Assembly (NCBI GenBank): GCA_028534125.1
Contig: CM052817.1
Coordinates: 76,758,001 to 76,821,780 of the forward strand
Length of the DNA: 63,780 bases
Origin: Lama glama
Lineage: Eukaryota
Reading direction: 5' to 3'
Part shown: positions 1 to 13,700 of the stretch, piece after piece
Layout of the letters: every line of letters begins with the position of its first letter
Position numbering within the stretch: position 1 is the stretch's first letter
Program-made: the position numbers and the translations under genes
Notes under the pieces: model-generated
Database searches by the model: none
Seen by the model: only the letters and a program-made list of their open reading frames with translations
Told to the model about the DNA's origin: nothing

Positions 1-974
1 TTGGTTTAACTAGGTATTGTTAAAGGTGACCTTTTGATTGGATTGTTTAGCTGGCTTTGGTGCTAATAAGATAGAGAATGAGGTGTCTAATGAACCCTGT
101 GTATGGAAATAATGATAGATGGCTTATTTGGAATTCTACAGACGTGGCACTGCCAAGCCCGCTGAGGAGTCTTTGGGACCTAACTAATTTTAGAGAGAGG
201 TTTTATTGATTACACAGAGACAGGGCACATTTTAATCATTTTTACAGCACTGTATTGCCTGAGGTACCAAAATCCATTAAACAAGGATTATAAACTTTGT
301 TTTAAACTGACTCCTAAATTGTTTCTTGATGTATAGTCAACAACAGCTCTGCAAGATCAATCACAGTTACTAAGGCATATTAAAATCAACTTGCTTAATT
401 TTAATTGCTCATATGCCTGACCCTCAGAGGTACAGCTGTTCATGAAGCTAAATTACTTTTCTCCCAGATAGGAGCTTCATTTTAGTTTACAATTGCAATC
501 ATTTCTTTCCTCAGGCCACCAACAGTCTACTTTTTACACTTCCTCTTTAATTTACTCTTTCTTGCCTTAAAAATGTGCTGGAAATGATGCCTAGGTATGA
601 CATATTTGGTCATTCTCTACACCTCTTAATCTTTCTAGGGAATAGATGTTTCAATACAATTACCTGAGTTGAGTTGTGTTACTATACACAGGCACGTATA
701 TGAATATTTCATGTGGATATATTCTTACAGAATCTTAATAGTTTAACTAGGGTACCTTACACTTGGGAGCAAAAATATATAGTTTGCTTAATGGCACATA
801 AATGGTCCAGTGTTAAATAGCTACTTTTACGTGTTTGATATATTACATAGATCTAGACATACATCTTAAATATTTATTAAAAGGTAAAAGACTATACATC
901 AATACCCATATTCTGTGGTATATGAGAGAAAGAGGGAGAGAAAATAAACATGTGAGCATGACCTACCTGGGAGG

Positions 975-1095
975 AGAGTGGCTTTCACAATCAGAAGACC
1001 TGGATTCAAGATCTAGGTGTCCGCTAAATAATTATGTGACCAAGTTAGTTAATATCTTTGGGCCTCCATTTCTACATCTGTAAAATAAAAATAAA
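975..1095 (+). mobile_element. MIR SINE fragment
   Basis: 'tcagaagacctggattcaag...tgtgaccaagttagttaat...gggcctccatttctacatctgtaaaat' resembles the MIR core. Boundaries approximate. Confidence 0.7.
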
Positions 1096-1863
1096 ATAGA
1101 AATAAAATAAACATAAGGAAATTTGAATCTCATTATAGAAACACATCTGACAATCTTTTCGAAATTTAAACGTCCATTACTTACTGCACATATGCGGACA
1201 CATAAATAAGACCTACTCAATTTGCCAAAGGTTTAACAAATATACAAATAACTGTAATGAGGAAACGATGAGAGAAAAGACTGCAGTATGGTGGAGATCA
1301 GCTTTTAAATTATACATTTGATGTTAAAATGAGTTTCATGCGTTTTCAAAGCTGTAGGTTCAAAATAACTAGACCAATACTTAAAATTTCAGACTCGCTA
1401 GGTTAATACGAGCTAAACCCTTAAATCACATTATTACAAAATATATTCATTACGTGTGTATGTAGTCAAACTTTAATTAACTTAATCATTCTTTAACTCT
1501 CTAGCTTCAACACAATAAAAATGTTTAAAAAGTGACTTCAATGTTTTGAATTTCAAATGGAGTTGAATACCACTGTTGGTGACATTTCCTTAAACATAAA
1601 TTGAGCGAGAAAATTACCAGCATTATCATATTTAGTAATACGTATATTACCTCATTTCTTGAATATTAACGTGTGCTCACAGATGCATCAATTAAAATAT
1701 GAGTCATTGATTATTCTGATTAAACTATTTAGGATGCAAGAATGAAATGTCAATATTAGATTCAAGTCTCTTTTTTTTCAGTCTTTTAATGTGTTGTAAG
1801 TTAACATCAGTAAAACACTTTCATAATTTCCTCAGGGAAAGAACTAAGTATAGCATGATATGG

Positions 1864-2319
1864 TGTACCAGTTAGAATTTGCTAACTAATAACCATCCAC
1901 CCCAAAACGTATCATGTACTACACAAATAAAACACATATTATTTCTCATAGTGCTTGTTGTTGGTTGAGTAATTCTTTTGTCAGAACCAGCTAAGCTGAG
2001 CCTGGACATCTAGGATCTCCTCACTCACATGTCTGGGGCCTCACCTGGAATGACTTGGTGACTCTCTCTACCTGGTCTATCATCCTCCAGTAGGTTAGTC
2101 AAGGCCACTTTACATGATGGTGGAAGTATTTCCAAGAACAAGAGTGGACAATTCCCAAAGTGTAAGAAATTTTCAAATTTCTAGGTATGTTACCTTTACT
2201 GTTGTCCCATTTAGCCAGTCCTATGGCCATGAGCAGTCCGTGTGGGAGGGGACTATCAAAGGATGTGGGTACAGGGAGGCATGAATAAACTGAGGTCCAG
2301 TATGACTCAGTCTATCACA
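1864..2319 (-). mobile_element. MaLR solo LTR (old MLT1, MLT1H/I-like)
   Basis: Has TGT...ACA termini. The motifs 'ctcactcacatgtctggggcctca', 'catcctccagtagg' and 'gtgggaggggactatcaaaggatgtgggtacagggaggcatg' match the antisense MLT1 LTR. Subfamily uncertain. Confidence 0.75.
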
Positions 2320-2371
2320 CAAAGCAGAACACACTGGTTTTATAATGCTTTATATATTTACATTAACAAAT

Positions 2372-2530
2372 ACTGTTGGTGTCCACCCAGATCCCCTTTA
2401 TCAGATCGGCATCTTTACTCCCCAGCTGCTGTGAGTAATGCCTGCTAAAAGCTTGGGTTTTTGATTAGCTGGTTTGAATTGTTTCGTTTTTTTTTAATTA
2501 TCTGCAACCAAAATAATTCTTACTATTACA
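2372..2530 (+). mobile_element. Short ERVL/MaLR LTR fragments (LTR16-like start, MLT1-like end)
   Basis: 'ctgttggtgtccacccagatcccctttatc...cccagctgctgtgagt' resembles an LTR16 5' end. 'gctggtttgaattg...tgcaaccaaaa' resembles an old MLT1 3' end. Confidence 0.5.
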
Positions 2531-5119
2531 CTATTATTTCTGCAAATTTTTCTTTATAGAATAGACACACAACCAAAAGAATTCTAACTTCCACTTTACC
2601 ATTTCTGTTCTCCTTCCTTTAACAATAGATACACGATCAAAAGGATTCTGACTAGTGCTCTAATTCTGTCATATAACAATAGATCTATAATTGCCACAAA
2701 GTCTGACTTACGTGTTTAGTTTACTATCAATTTTTAAAATTGTAAGTAAGTGTTTATTATCTCATTTTATTTATCTATTTTTTTGTTTTGTTTTTTGTAT
2801 AAGTTAAGCCTATTCTTAAGTGGTATAGTGGGTCACATTTATCTGTATTATGATGAATCAGGAAAGTGAAAAAATTCTTGCCAAGATCAAATGATGAAAA
2901 AAAACTAGAACCAATATTTTACTTTTAGTATAATGAGTAAGTAAAATATTAACACATATTTAAAAGTAAAACTATGTTAGCACTGTCAAAGAATTCAAGA
3001 AAGTTAAAAATAAAACACAGAAATTTTTAAGCATTAAAAAGACTATGCCTTTCCAAAACAATATTTTATAATAAACATCTGTGAAATTAAAGGAAATATT
3101 ATGATATATGAATTATTTTTAACTCCTTGGATGTAAATACAGAGAATGGATATAGTAATAGTAATAATGTATTTTAGTTATATAAAAACTCTTTTCTTTC
3201 CCTTTAAGACTCTTCCATTGCATATCAATGTCATAATATATAGAGTTCACATTAGATGTCACTCTTCTCCATTTATTTAATTTTAGATCCTCATAGATCT
3301 ATCTATTTATATATCTCTGCATTTTACCCTTAAATTTGAGGCTTAATTTGTCCAACATTATCTTGAAAACTTTTGTCACTTGAGATTATTTTACTTCATT
3401 TTAAATAAATCAAGAATAACATGCATTTAAAAGAATTACACACTACAGCAAAGTGAGACCTATCCTAGGTATGCAAGACTCGGTAAACATTCAAAATTCT
3501 ATTAGTGTAATACATCCCATAAATAAGCTAACAAATAAAAAATACACATCCTATCAGTAGGTATAGAAAAAAGCATTAGACAAAATGCAACATTCATTCA
3601 TGGTAAATATAATTTATGATAAAGTCTCTCAGTAAACTGAGAATAGAAGGAAACTTCCTCAACTTGATTAAAAAAACTACAAAAAGCTTACAGCTAATAT
3701 CATACTTACTAGTGAGAAACTAGAAGCTTTCCTCCTAAGATCAGGAACAAGGCAAGGATATTCCCTCTTGCCACTCTTTTTCAACATTGTACTAGGAGGT
3801 CTAGCTAATATAATAAGAAAAGAAAAGGAAATAAGAGGTATATTGATTGGGAAGGAAGAAATAAAACTTTGTGTCTTTGCTCACAGATGACATGATCTTC
3901 TATGTAGAAAATCCTAAATTGACATAATGCCATGAAACTAAAAAGAAATTATAGCAAGTTTGTAAGATCAAAGGTTAAACATATAATCACTTTCCCGTGT
4001 AGCAGCAATGAACAAGTGGAATTTGAAATTTAAAAACACAATGCCATTTAAATTAGCACCCCAAAAGTGACAACTTTAGGTATAAACTAACAAAATATAG
4101 ACAAGATATTTATGAGGAAAACTACAAAGCACTGATGCATGCAATCAAAGAAGAACCAAGTAAATGGAGAGATATCCTATGTCCATGAAAGGAAGACTCC
4201 ATATTGTCAAGATATCAGTTCTTCCCAATTTGACCTATATATCCAATATAATTCCAATCAAATTCCAGCAAGTTATTTTATGGATGTGGAGAAAATGATT
4301 CTAAAGTTAATACAGAGAGGCAAAAATCCAGAATAGCCAACACAATATTGAAAGAGAGAAGAACAAAGTTGGAGGACTGATGCTAATTGACTTCAAGAAC
4401 TACTACTATAAAGTTACAGTAATCAAGATAGTGTGGTATTGGTGAAAGAACCAAAAAATAGATCAATAGAGCACTACAGAGAGCCTAAAATAGACCCACA
4501 TAAATATAGTTAACTCATCTTTGATAAAGAAGCAAAGACAATACAATGAAGCTAATAGTCTTTTCAACAAATGCTGCTAGAACCATTTCCTTATGCCAGA
4601 CATCCACTTGCAAAACAGGTGAATCTACATATACAGATTATTCATACTCTTCACAAAGTCAAACTCAAAATTGATTACAGACTTAAATGTAAAACACAAA
4701 ACTATAAAACTCTTAGATGATAACATAGGAGAAAATCTAGATGACCTTGAGTTTGGTGATAACATAAAACACCAAGGGTGCCATCGAGGAAAGAAAGAAT
4801 TGATAACTGGGACTTCACTAAAATTAAAAATTTCTGCTCTGTGAAAAACATATCAACAGAATGAGAAGATAAGTCATAGACTAGGAGAAAACATTTGCAA
4901 AAGACATATCAGATAAAGGATTGTTATCCAAAATATACTAATAACTCTTAAAACTCAATGATAAGGAAACAAACAACCCAATTAAAAAATGGGCCAAGGT
5001 CTTTAAAGACATCAAAGAAAATGTATACAAGGCACATAAGCATATGAAAAGATACTCCACAGCATATGTCATCAGGGAAATGCCAACGGCAACAACAACG
5101 AGATACCACTACACAACTA

Positions 5120-5615
5120 CAGGCAGACCTCATTTTATCATGCTTTGCTTGATTGCACTCTGCAGATCATGTATTTTTTACAAACTGAATGTTTGTGGCA
5201 ACCTGGCATTAAGCAAGTCTATTGGTGTCATTTTCCCAACAACATTTGCTCATTTCATCTCTCTGTGTCACATCTTGGTAATTCTCACAATTTTTTAAAC
5301 TTTTTCTTTATTATTATCCTTGTTATGATGGTCTGTGATCAGTGATCTTTGATGTTACCAGTGCAAAAAATTACAACTCCTTGCAGGTACAGATGATGGT
5401 TCAGCATTTTTTAGCATTGAAGTATTTTTAAACGAAGGTATGTACATTGTTTTTTAGATATAATGCTATTTTACACTTAATAGACTACAGTATAGTTTAA
5501 GTGTAGCTTTCATAGGTGCTGGGAAATTAAAAAATAATTGTGACTTGCTTATACCAATATTAGCTTTATTGCAGTGGTCTGCAACCAAACCTGCAATATC
5601 TCCAAGGTATGCATG
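5120..5615 (+). mobile_element. Tigger1 internal-deletion derivative (TcMar-Tigger, Tigger1a_Art-like)
   Basis: Terminal inverted repeats CAGGCAGACCTC and CAAGGTATGCATG resemble Tigger1 CAGGCATACCTCG. Preceded by TA (5118-5119). 496 bp long. The host L1 reads continuously across it. Confidence 0.88.
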
Positions 5616-5773
5616 TTTCAGAACAGCCAAAATCCAGAAACTCACAACACTAAATTCTGGGGAGAATGTAGAACAGGAACTCTCACTCATTGCTGGTGGG
5701 AATGCAAAATAGTACAGACTCTCTGGAAGGCAATTTGGAGATTTCTTACAAAACAAAACGTACTCTTACTATA

Positions 5774-5995
5774 TTAGAAGTTTGCGATTAACAGATACCC
5801 ATTACTATAAATAAAACAGACAAACAACAAGGACCTACTGCATAGCACAAGGAATGATATTCAATTTCTTATAATGAGCCATAATGGAAAAGAAACTGAA
5901 AAAATATATATGTGTCGCTTTGAATCACTTTGCTGTACACCTGAAACTAACACTGTAAATTGACTACACTTCAATAAAAAATACGAAGTTTTTAA
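5774..5995 (+). mobile_element. Cetartiodactyl-type L1 3' UTR fragment nested in the L1MC
   Basis: 'aacaacaaggacctactgcatagcaca...gaatcactttgctgtacacctgaaactaac...cttcaataaaaa' is homologous to the L1 tail at 56540-56705. Confidence 0.85.
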
Positions 5996-7559
5996 AATAT
6001 CCAGTATCACACTCCTTAGTATTTACTCAAAGGAACTGAAAACTTACGTCCACACAAAAACCTGCACGTGGATGATTACAGCAGCTTAATTCATAATTGC
6101 CAAAACTTAGAAACAATCAAGATGTCCTTCAGCAAATGAATGGATGAAGAAATAGGCAATGGAATATTATTCAGTATGAAAAAGAAATGAGCTTTCAAGC
6201 AATGAAAATACATGGAAGAACCTTAAATGCATATTACTAAGTGAAAGAAGCCAATCTGAAAAAGCCTACATACTCTATCATTCCAAATATAACATTCGAG
6301 ATAAGGCAAAACTATAGAGACAGTAAAAAAAAAAAAGACAAAAAAACTCAGTGGTTGCCAGGAGTTAGAGGAAATGGATGGATGAACAGGCACAGCACAG
6401 AGGATTTTTAGGGCAGTGAAACTACCTTCTACGTTACTGTAATGGTGGATACATGTCATTATACACTTGCCCAAAGCCATAGAGTGTACACCACCAAGAG
6501 TGAGCCCTAGTGTCACTATGGACTCTGGATGACAAAGATGCGTCAATGCAGTTTCACCAGTTCTAACAACTGTACCACTGTGGCTGGGGATGTCCATAAC
6601 TGAGGAGGCTATGCCTGTGTTGGGGGAAGAGGTATTTGGGAAATCTCTGTCCCTTCTACTCAGTTTTGCTGTGAACCCAAAACTATTCTAAAAAATAAAA
6701 TGTATTTGAAAAAGTTAAAAATTAAAAAAGAATAATAAAGTTAAGTTATTCTTTGTTAGGAATTTTTTGTCCTATTAAGCCAGGTGGTCCCAGATATGCT
6801 ATAAATTAAAATTTCTAAAATGAATAACTTCATGATAGTTTTGTCTGGAAGCAAGTTTTTTAGGAAACAAACATCTCAAATCTCTGTAGTTTTTTCTTAT
6901 AAAAGCCATTTTACTACATATAGAAGGATGACCAAAGATTAAAGCAAATACATCTGTCTACAGTCTCTAAAGGAGTTTAAAATGTCCAACTAATTTGTTT
7001 CCAAAAATCAGTGAGAACAAGGAGTTAAGTTCAGCTAGAAACACTCTAAGATAATTCTTCAGAAATCCTCTCCAAAAAAATTTAAAAATTCATTTTTCTC
7101 AAGTACATATTCTCTAAATGTACAGCTTGTATATGTCAGAGCTCTGTGTCATTAGCTAAGTCCAGCCTAATGTGGTTGCATGGATAGCCCCCCACCAGCT
7201 ATTATTATTTTATCCTTCTATAACCACCCTAAAAGTCACAGAGACAAGTCCCGGGAAAAGTCATCACTGTATGTTTTTTGAAGAAGACGATTGTTCTCCA
7301 TCATACATGAAACATTAATCACATCTGATTCACAGCCTGAGTTTCCTAGTCTGGAAAACTGATCTGCACATTTAGCTAAAGACTCAAGGACCTGCCTTGC
7401 CTACCCTGGATATGCTGTACACAGCTAGAAAGCTGCAGACCAAGAACTTGAACTTGAGCCCTTCCATCTCTCATCCAGCACACTTTTAAGTACATTGTGC
7501 TACTTGGTGTGGCTGGGGAAGACAAATCCCACTGACACCTGCGTAGCATTCCCTCTGTT

Positions 7560-7942
7560 GACTATTTCATCTTCCTTGACCTCCTGGTTACAACTTGCTC
7601 CTTCTTTCCCTGCTCTCTCTCCTGAACAAATTTGTCACCCTCAAAAAATTCTGGTCTTCCTTTAGTTTTCATATGTTTTTCCTCTATTTCTACCACCCAA
7701 GCAATCACATATAATTTCAATGATCACCAATTTGAAGATGACCCTTAAATTTTATTTTGGTACCACAGATTTCTCATCTAAACTCTAGAACCATACATTA
7801 AACTATTTCCTCCATAGTAACTAAGACATCCAAGAAGGCTGAGACAATGTTTTGACTTATTGTAGTATTTCCAACACCCACTATAGTTCCTGGCACGTAG
7901 GTGGTAGGTATTCAGTAAATGTACAGTGAATGAATGAATGAA
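7560..7942 (+). mobile_element. L2 LINE 3' fragment
   Basis: Ends in the L2 tail 'cctggcacgtagg...gtattcagtaaatgtacagtgaatgaatgaatgaa'. Confidence 0.75.
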
Positions 7943-9124
7943 CGCACATTTTATAAGAATTAATATGATGTCTAGATTAAATGAAGAAGAGAGAGACTAC
8001 TGAAGAGTCTGATTTAGCTTGAAGCCTCTAACAATCATTCAAGTACAAGGTGATAAGGAACTGCAATAGGAAACTGAGCATAGGAATAGAATAAAAGGGG
8101 TCTAAAGAGCCACTGTTTAGAAGAGAGCTCTTGCATGCCTATCTTGTGGCTTGCACCATTACCTCCAATCTCTTTCCCTCCCCTTATCTAAATTATTCCA
8201 GTCCTAGAAAGAGAGCCTTAAATCCCACTTTTTCCATTAAATTTAAGCTGCCTCCAAGACCCCACATTATTTTTTTCTTCTCTGAACTCTTACTAATATA
8301 TACTGATATTTTACTAATAACACATACTAATATATACTTACTAATATATACAAATAGCATTAGCTTTAGAGAATAGTAGGAACATGTAAAACATAGCCCT
8401 GTCAATCACTACTTCCTGTGGCTCCAGGCAATTTTCTTAACGTTTCTGAGACTCCCTGTCTTCATATCCTACAATATTATTGTCAGGATTAAAATTAATA
8501 AGATAGTACACAAAATTGACTTTGCATAAAAAACATAACCTTCATTTCTACTCTACTCAAAATGAAGTTCATACACATTGGCACTTCATTTTTTCTCGAA
8601 ACACTTCAGGTTAACTAGCGCAAAATATTTAATGAAGGTCATATAGGTCTCTGTAGCCTGCATGGCACACACTTAATACGTGATTTATTCTTGATTATTA
8701 TTTAAAATTTTAGCAACTAGCTCTAATTTGTATATATTTTATTCCATGGTATGTCACTTGAAAAATGGTCAAAATAATGCCCCCAGTCATGTGAGTGTCT
8801 AAATCTTTAGGATGATGTAAATAATAATGAATTAACTCAGGTCTTCCAAAATCTTGATTTTTCTGGGTGTATTTATTATGCTAGAGGAAAATATTCCACA
8901 TAATGTATTCCATATTCCACACAAAAATTTTTTTTCAGGTTCTAATGAATTCATTAGTTCTTAAACCTAAGGTTTTTTCAGGTTGCTTTTTAGTTAAAGG
9001 TAAATAAAATGTTGACACAAAATCAAATATCAACGTCCTTAGGTTTTCGCATGTGCTTCTCTATTATTCTGCAGCTATGTAACTCAACCCACAACTTTTA
9101 AACATCAAGACACACGCTTAAGTT

Positions 9125-9501
9125 GATGATAAAAGTAATTGAATTTTAATAAAAGACAGTCAAATAATATAAATATACTTTTTTCAAACTTCCTATGAAA
9201 TTAGGATTTAAGTAAAATATTCACATATAACTCCAAGAATTTTAAGTACTTCACATAACACCACAAAGGGTAGAAGCTATTAAAAGCACATTTGTATTTT
9301 TCTGCAAACTGTACATTGTCTTCAGAAACCTGAAAGTTTCTGGTTTTGTCCAGCAGCCTGATGCTCCTATTCACCTCCTGACGATCCTATAACTCACTCA
9401 GGCGTACAGGATCAGGCTTCTAGTGAGCTGGAACCACATTTCACTGCATTTCATCAGACTGCTCTTTGCTAAGCATCTGCATGGAAATGCATGCAGAGTC
9501 T
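9125..9501 (-). other. Candidate 3'-terminal exon of an unidentified minus-strand transcript
   Basis: Minus-strand acceptor 'cttctgttggtttccttgtttaattttag|AGACTC' (AG at 9503-9502). ATTAAA at 9150-9145, followed about 25-45 nt later by GU-rich 'gcgtgtgtcttgatgttt'. No transcript data. Confidence 0.4.
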
Positions 9502-10484
9502 CTAAAATTAAACAAGGAAACCAACAGAAGAGTAAGATTAAAAAATGATCAGTCACCTTTTTTTTTTTTTAACAAATACCAGGCTTTATTATGTCTTACT
9601 CTTTGTTATTTAGATCTTTTTTTAAGTCAGAACATTGTGTGAAGCAGAACGTTCTGTGGAGTTTGCTATTTAGACGTTTGGAGCGGAATCATCCAACTGA
9701 AAAATTGGACCATCTCGTTACTGTCATGTGATTTCCTATTAACTGCTAACCTACAGCACCTTAAATTGAACCTGTGGCACTGCTATACATTTTCTGTCAC
9801 ATTTTTCTTAGAAGTTCAGCTTTTTCTAAACTTTAAATGGTATTTATTGAAAGTAAGATCCTAAAAGAACCATGAATTTGAGAACTTTGGCCAAAAGGAG
9901 AACTGCAGGAGGAGGACATTTGCTCCTTGAGACCCCGTGCCAGGCTCATGCACCTCACTGCCACAATCCAGAGCTCAGTCATTGCTTAGTAGCTAATGAC
10001 AAGGCCCAACCAAACCCAAAATACTTGGAGAATGCACAGGAAAGATATTACATGATTATGGATGAAATTCACAATATTTCTAAGTGTACAACTATCTTAA
10101 TAAAAGTAGAAAATTGAAGGTGCTATATAAATATCATTGGTGAAGTTAAAGGCAAAATGTTGGAAATACCAATTAGTGAAGAAGACAAAGAGTTTGGGTT
10201 TTAGCTACACAACGTAGGTTGCATTTTTAAAAGAGTCATAAGCTGTTCCTGCTGGTATAGGGAGATAAAAATTTGCAAGAAAAATTGAGAAAGTTTTAAA
10301 TGTTATTAAACAGCATTCCAGGCTGTTTTGTTAATCACCAAGCATTTATTAAGCACCTGTACTTGCAAGGTGCTGTGTTATGTGCCCAATGGCAAGTCTT
10401 ACAGACACTGAGCCTGCTCTTGGACTTGAAATGTACCAGGAAAATAAATTTTAGTAATGGATATTACAAAAGAAGGGACACTTA

Positions 10485-10776
10485 CAAACTTATAGTTACC
10501 AGCGAGGGGAGAAGGGGTTGGGAAGGGATAAACTGGGAATTCAAAATTTGCAGATACTAACTGCTATATATAGAAAAGATAAACAACAGGTTTATGCTGT
10601 GTGGCTCAGGGAACTATATTCAATATCTTGTGATAATCTATAATGAAAAAGAAATATGAAAACAAATGTATGTATGTACACGTATAACTGAAACATAATG
10701 CTGTACACCATGGATTGACACAACATTGTGAACTGACTATATTTCAAATAAAAAAAATAGTAATAAATAAATAAAT
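10485..10776 (+). mobile_element. Camelid-type L1 3' UTR, 5'-truncated, with TSD
   Basis: Homologous to the tails at 17230-17500 and 62480-62750. A-rich (AAAT)n tail. 17-bp TSD AAAAGAAGG(G/A)ACACTTA at 10468-10484 and 10777-10793. Confidence 0.92.
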
Positions 10777-13700
10777 AAAAGAAGGAACACTTAGTGTTTC
10801 AGAAGTAAATAACAGGCATAACAAACTTGTTGCTATCCTTTGCTAATTAAATTAGCTATAAGACATTTTATTCTTATGTGAGTTTTTACACGTGACCTAG
10901 AAAGGAAGGCATGTGTGTCAGTGGGAAGGAGGGCACACCAGACTGGTCAGGCAAAACGTCCAAATCAAATCTGGTAGTCAACAAGCAGGCAGTACATTAA
11001 GACATTTAGTGTAGTCAGAAGGCAAAAACCAGAAGAAAGACCACACATTTATTTTGTAAACGCCCATGATGGAATAAGAGGACATACTCAGTGAAAATGT
11101 CCATGTGAAACTGGTGGCAGGGAGGTGTGCATGGTAAGGCTCAAAAGAAAGCTGGATATAGAGATGTAAATTTAAAAATCACTATGAACAAATAGGTGGT
11201 GAAGCTGTTGCTGATTTCAAGGGAAGAACACAAAGAAGAGGCAAGACTGGAAATAGCTCTTATATAAATACTAAAAAAGTAAAGGAGTTATACTTCAACA
11301 TATTTTCAGATAAAAATGATTATACTTGATACCTGATGTGCTCCTACTGACTACATATTATCATAATTTTAGGATACTATTCTCTATTCAGTTGATCATC
11401 AGTTTAAAAGTGGTTAAATACTAGTTTAAAAAATAATATTTTATATTTTATAATAAATGCTATTACAAACTAAAAACAAATTCTAACATATTGCCTAGCA
11501 AATATCTGTGAATCAATTTTAGAGCAAAAACATGCACACAAACATATTTTTTTTAATATGCAATGTGTGTTAATAGACCATGTGACACAAAAACATATCT
11601 TATGTATTTACAGAATAGCAAGATAGCACTGGAAAATTTTCAGGACTTGGCCCAAATGGCTCCACAGCCCACTACTTTTTCTGTTTCAAACTATCAACAG
11701 ACAACTTAGTTTAAGAAATAAGTATCAGAAGTGAAAGATAAGCAACATAAAAGGAAAAAAAAAAGAAAGAAAAGAACTGCTTTGATGATTGTCTACAATT
11801 CTACTAATAAACTTAATCTAGCTTTGCAATAAATTATGAAATGCATAGATAGTAGGGTTAGTATTATTCTTTGGTGAGCCTTTCATGAGATCCTTAGAGG
11901 TATCAGGACTGAGCACATGGAAGTCATTCAGCTGTGACTCTACCACAAAGCAGTCAAGCTTATATCATTTCAGAACTTAATATTTTCTGCTACATCTCAA
12001 CGACTATTGCTTGCTACATTTTTATTAAAATTCTAGTCTTTTAGATTGAACATGAATTTTGTCCAATCACATTCACAAAACTTTAAGTTGCTGACTTGCC
12101 CAGGGACCCCCAACCCCTCAAAGATTACTAAGTATCAGCACCATCAATTATTTGTAAATGATCAGAAGCCTATAAAAGTTACGTGATGGAGGAAAATCAA
12201 CTCACCGGGAATCTACTAAGGAAAAAAGTATTTCATCATCTTCACATAGTCTACCTACTGTCTTTTTCATGCTTTTTCTCATGAAAAGAAAGAAATCAGC
12301 AAGTAAAATGAGAGGTAGTAACAAGCAAAAAGTAAAAATTTGTCCATTTTTAGTCCTCCCACAACATTTCTTAATCCAATTTATCTGTTCTTTCTTAATC
12401 TTATGTTTAATAATATTACATTGTCATTATTATATAGATACCGTATGATAAATATTGAATTTGTTCTTTAGGAGTTCCTCTAAACAAGTCAGATTGACGA
12501 CTGCTTCAAAATACTGCTTTGTTTCCTTGCAATAAATGCTCCTCGTTGCATTTGTAGAGTACAAACTTCATGACTAGGTAAAAATTGTGTTATTTTGCTC
12601 ATATAAATTTTTAGAGGATAGACAAAAATACATAAATTCATTTAGGCAAGTGTAAAAGCATTTGATTAGCTCTGAGACTGACAGTTTGGGGCTTCTAATC
12701 AACACAAACTACTCCTATCTAAAGAGTAAAATTGCCCATTTATCCTGTGAGAGACAATTAACTGATATTCTGGAAATTCCTTTTAATTTCCACTCATATG
12801 AAAGATACACTGTCTGCATTTATAAAGTTAAGACAGAGCTTTCCTTTCTTTTGTGGAATATTTTGAGACAAAGTTTTCTTTTAAAAATTGGCATAAACAA
12901 ATTGACTATTACTCTATGAGAAACAAATATTTTAATATTCCTCTTCACAATTATTATAACCTTAAATATTATTTTGACACAATGATACTAGCATTTAAGA
13001 TCTTTTTTTTCCTTCCTTTGATATTCAAATTCTCTAAAGCCATTATATTTAAACAAAACCATTGGTTTTAATTGTATTTTTTTCCTGGTAATATACCCAC
13101 TTGGAGTTCCTCAATTGTAGAGTTTTTTGGTTTTTTTTAAATCATGTTTTACACTGATAAAACCTAATAGTGGCCAGGAACATTGAGTATTTCTACTTAA
13201 TTTAGAACTTGACTTAATTATTTCAAACCAAGATGTAACCTGAAGCACATTTTGAATGAATAAGCAAAGCTACGGAGATGGAGGGGCATTATCCTGATTC
13301 TGAATCATTCACTTTTATAACTTTAAATAGAATAGCAAATAGTGTTGTTTTAATGAGCTTATATGAATTTTTTTAATATTAGTGAGTACTTTGATGGGTG
13401 GAAGAATAAGTGAAAGGTTTTCAAGAGAATAATCTTTCAGAATACAGTCTTAACAAATATTAGATTATCAAAAGGCAAAGAAATACATTTAATGATCATA
13501 GTTGAAGAACAAATAACTTTTCAAGGAGCTTATTTTAATTACATTTCCAGGGTCCTTGACCTTCTTCTGAAAAAAATATAAGTGGTACTTATTTGTAGAA
13601 GAATCACCATCTCCGGACTTTCTAGGCGCACAGCCATTGCTTGAGGGCTTTATCTATTAATAGAGTCACTTCAGGTTACTCTCATTATGTCTTCCCAAGC

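Larger units (their letters stand above)
3410..6715 (+). mobile_element. 5'-truncated L1 (L1MC-type) with degraded ORF2 RT to C-terminus and 3' UTR, interrupted by two younger insertions
   Basis: ORF2 motifs 'aagatcaggaacaaggcaaggatattccctcttgccact' and 'cacagatgacatgatcttctatgtagaaaatcc' (xDDM, RT catalytic region). L1MC-type 3' end 'gggaaatctctgt...ttttgctgtgaacccaaaactattctaaaaaataaa'. Many stops and frameshifts. Confidence 0.92.

Noticed and set aside
9645..9656. Palindrome CAGAACGTTCTG resembling a heat-shock element
   Set aside because: Only two nGAAn units and no promoter context.
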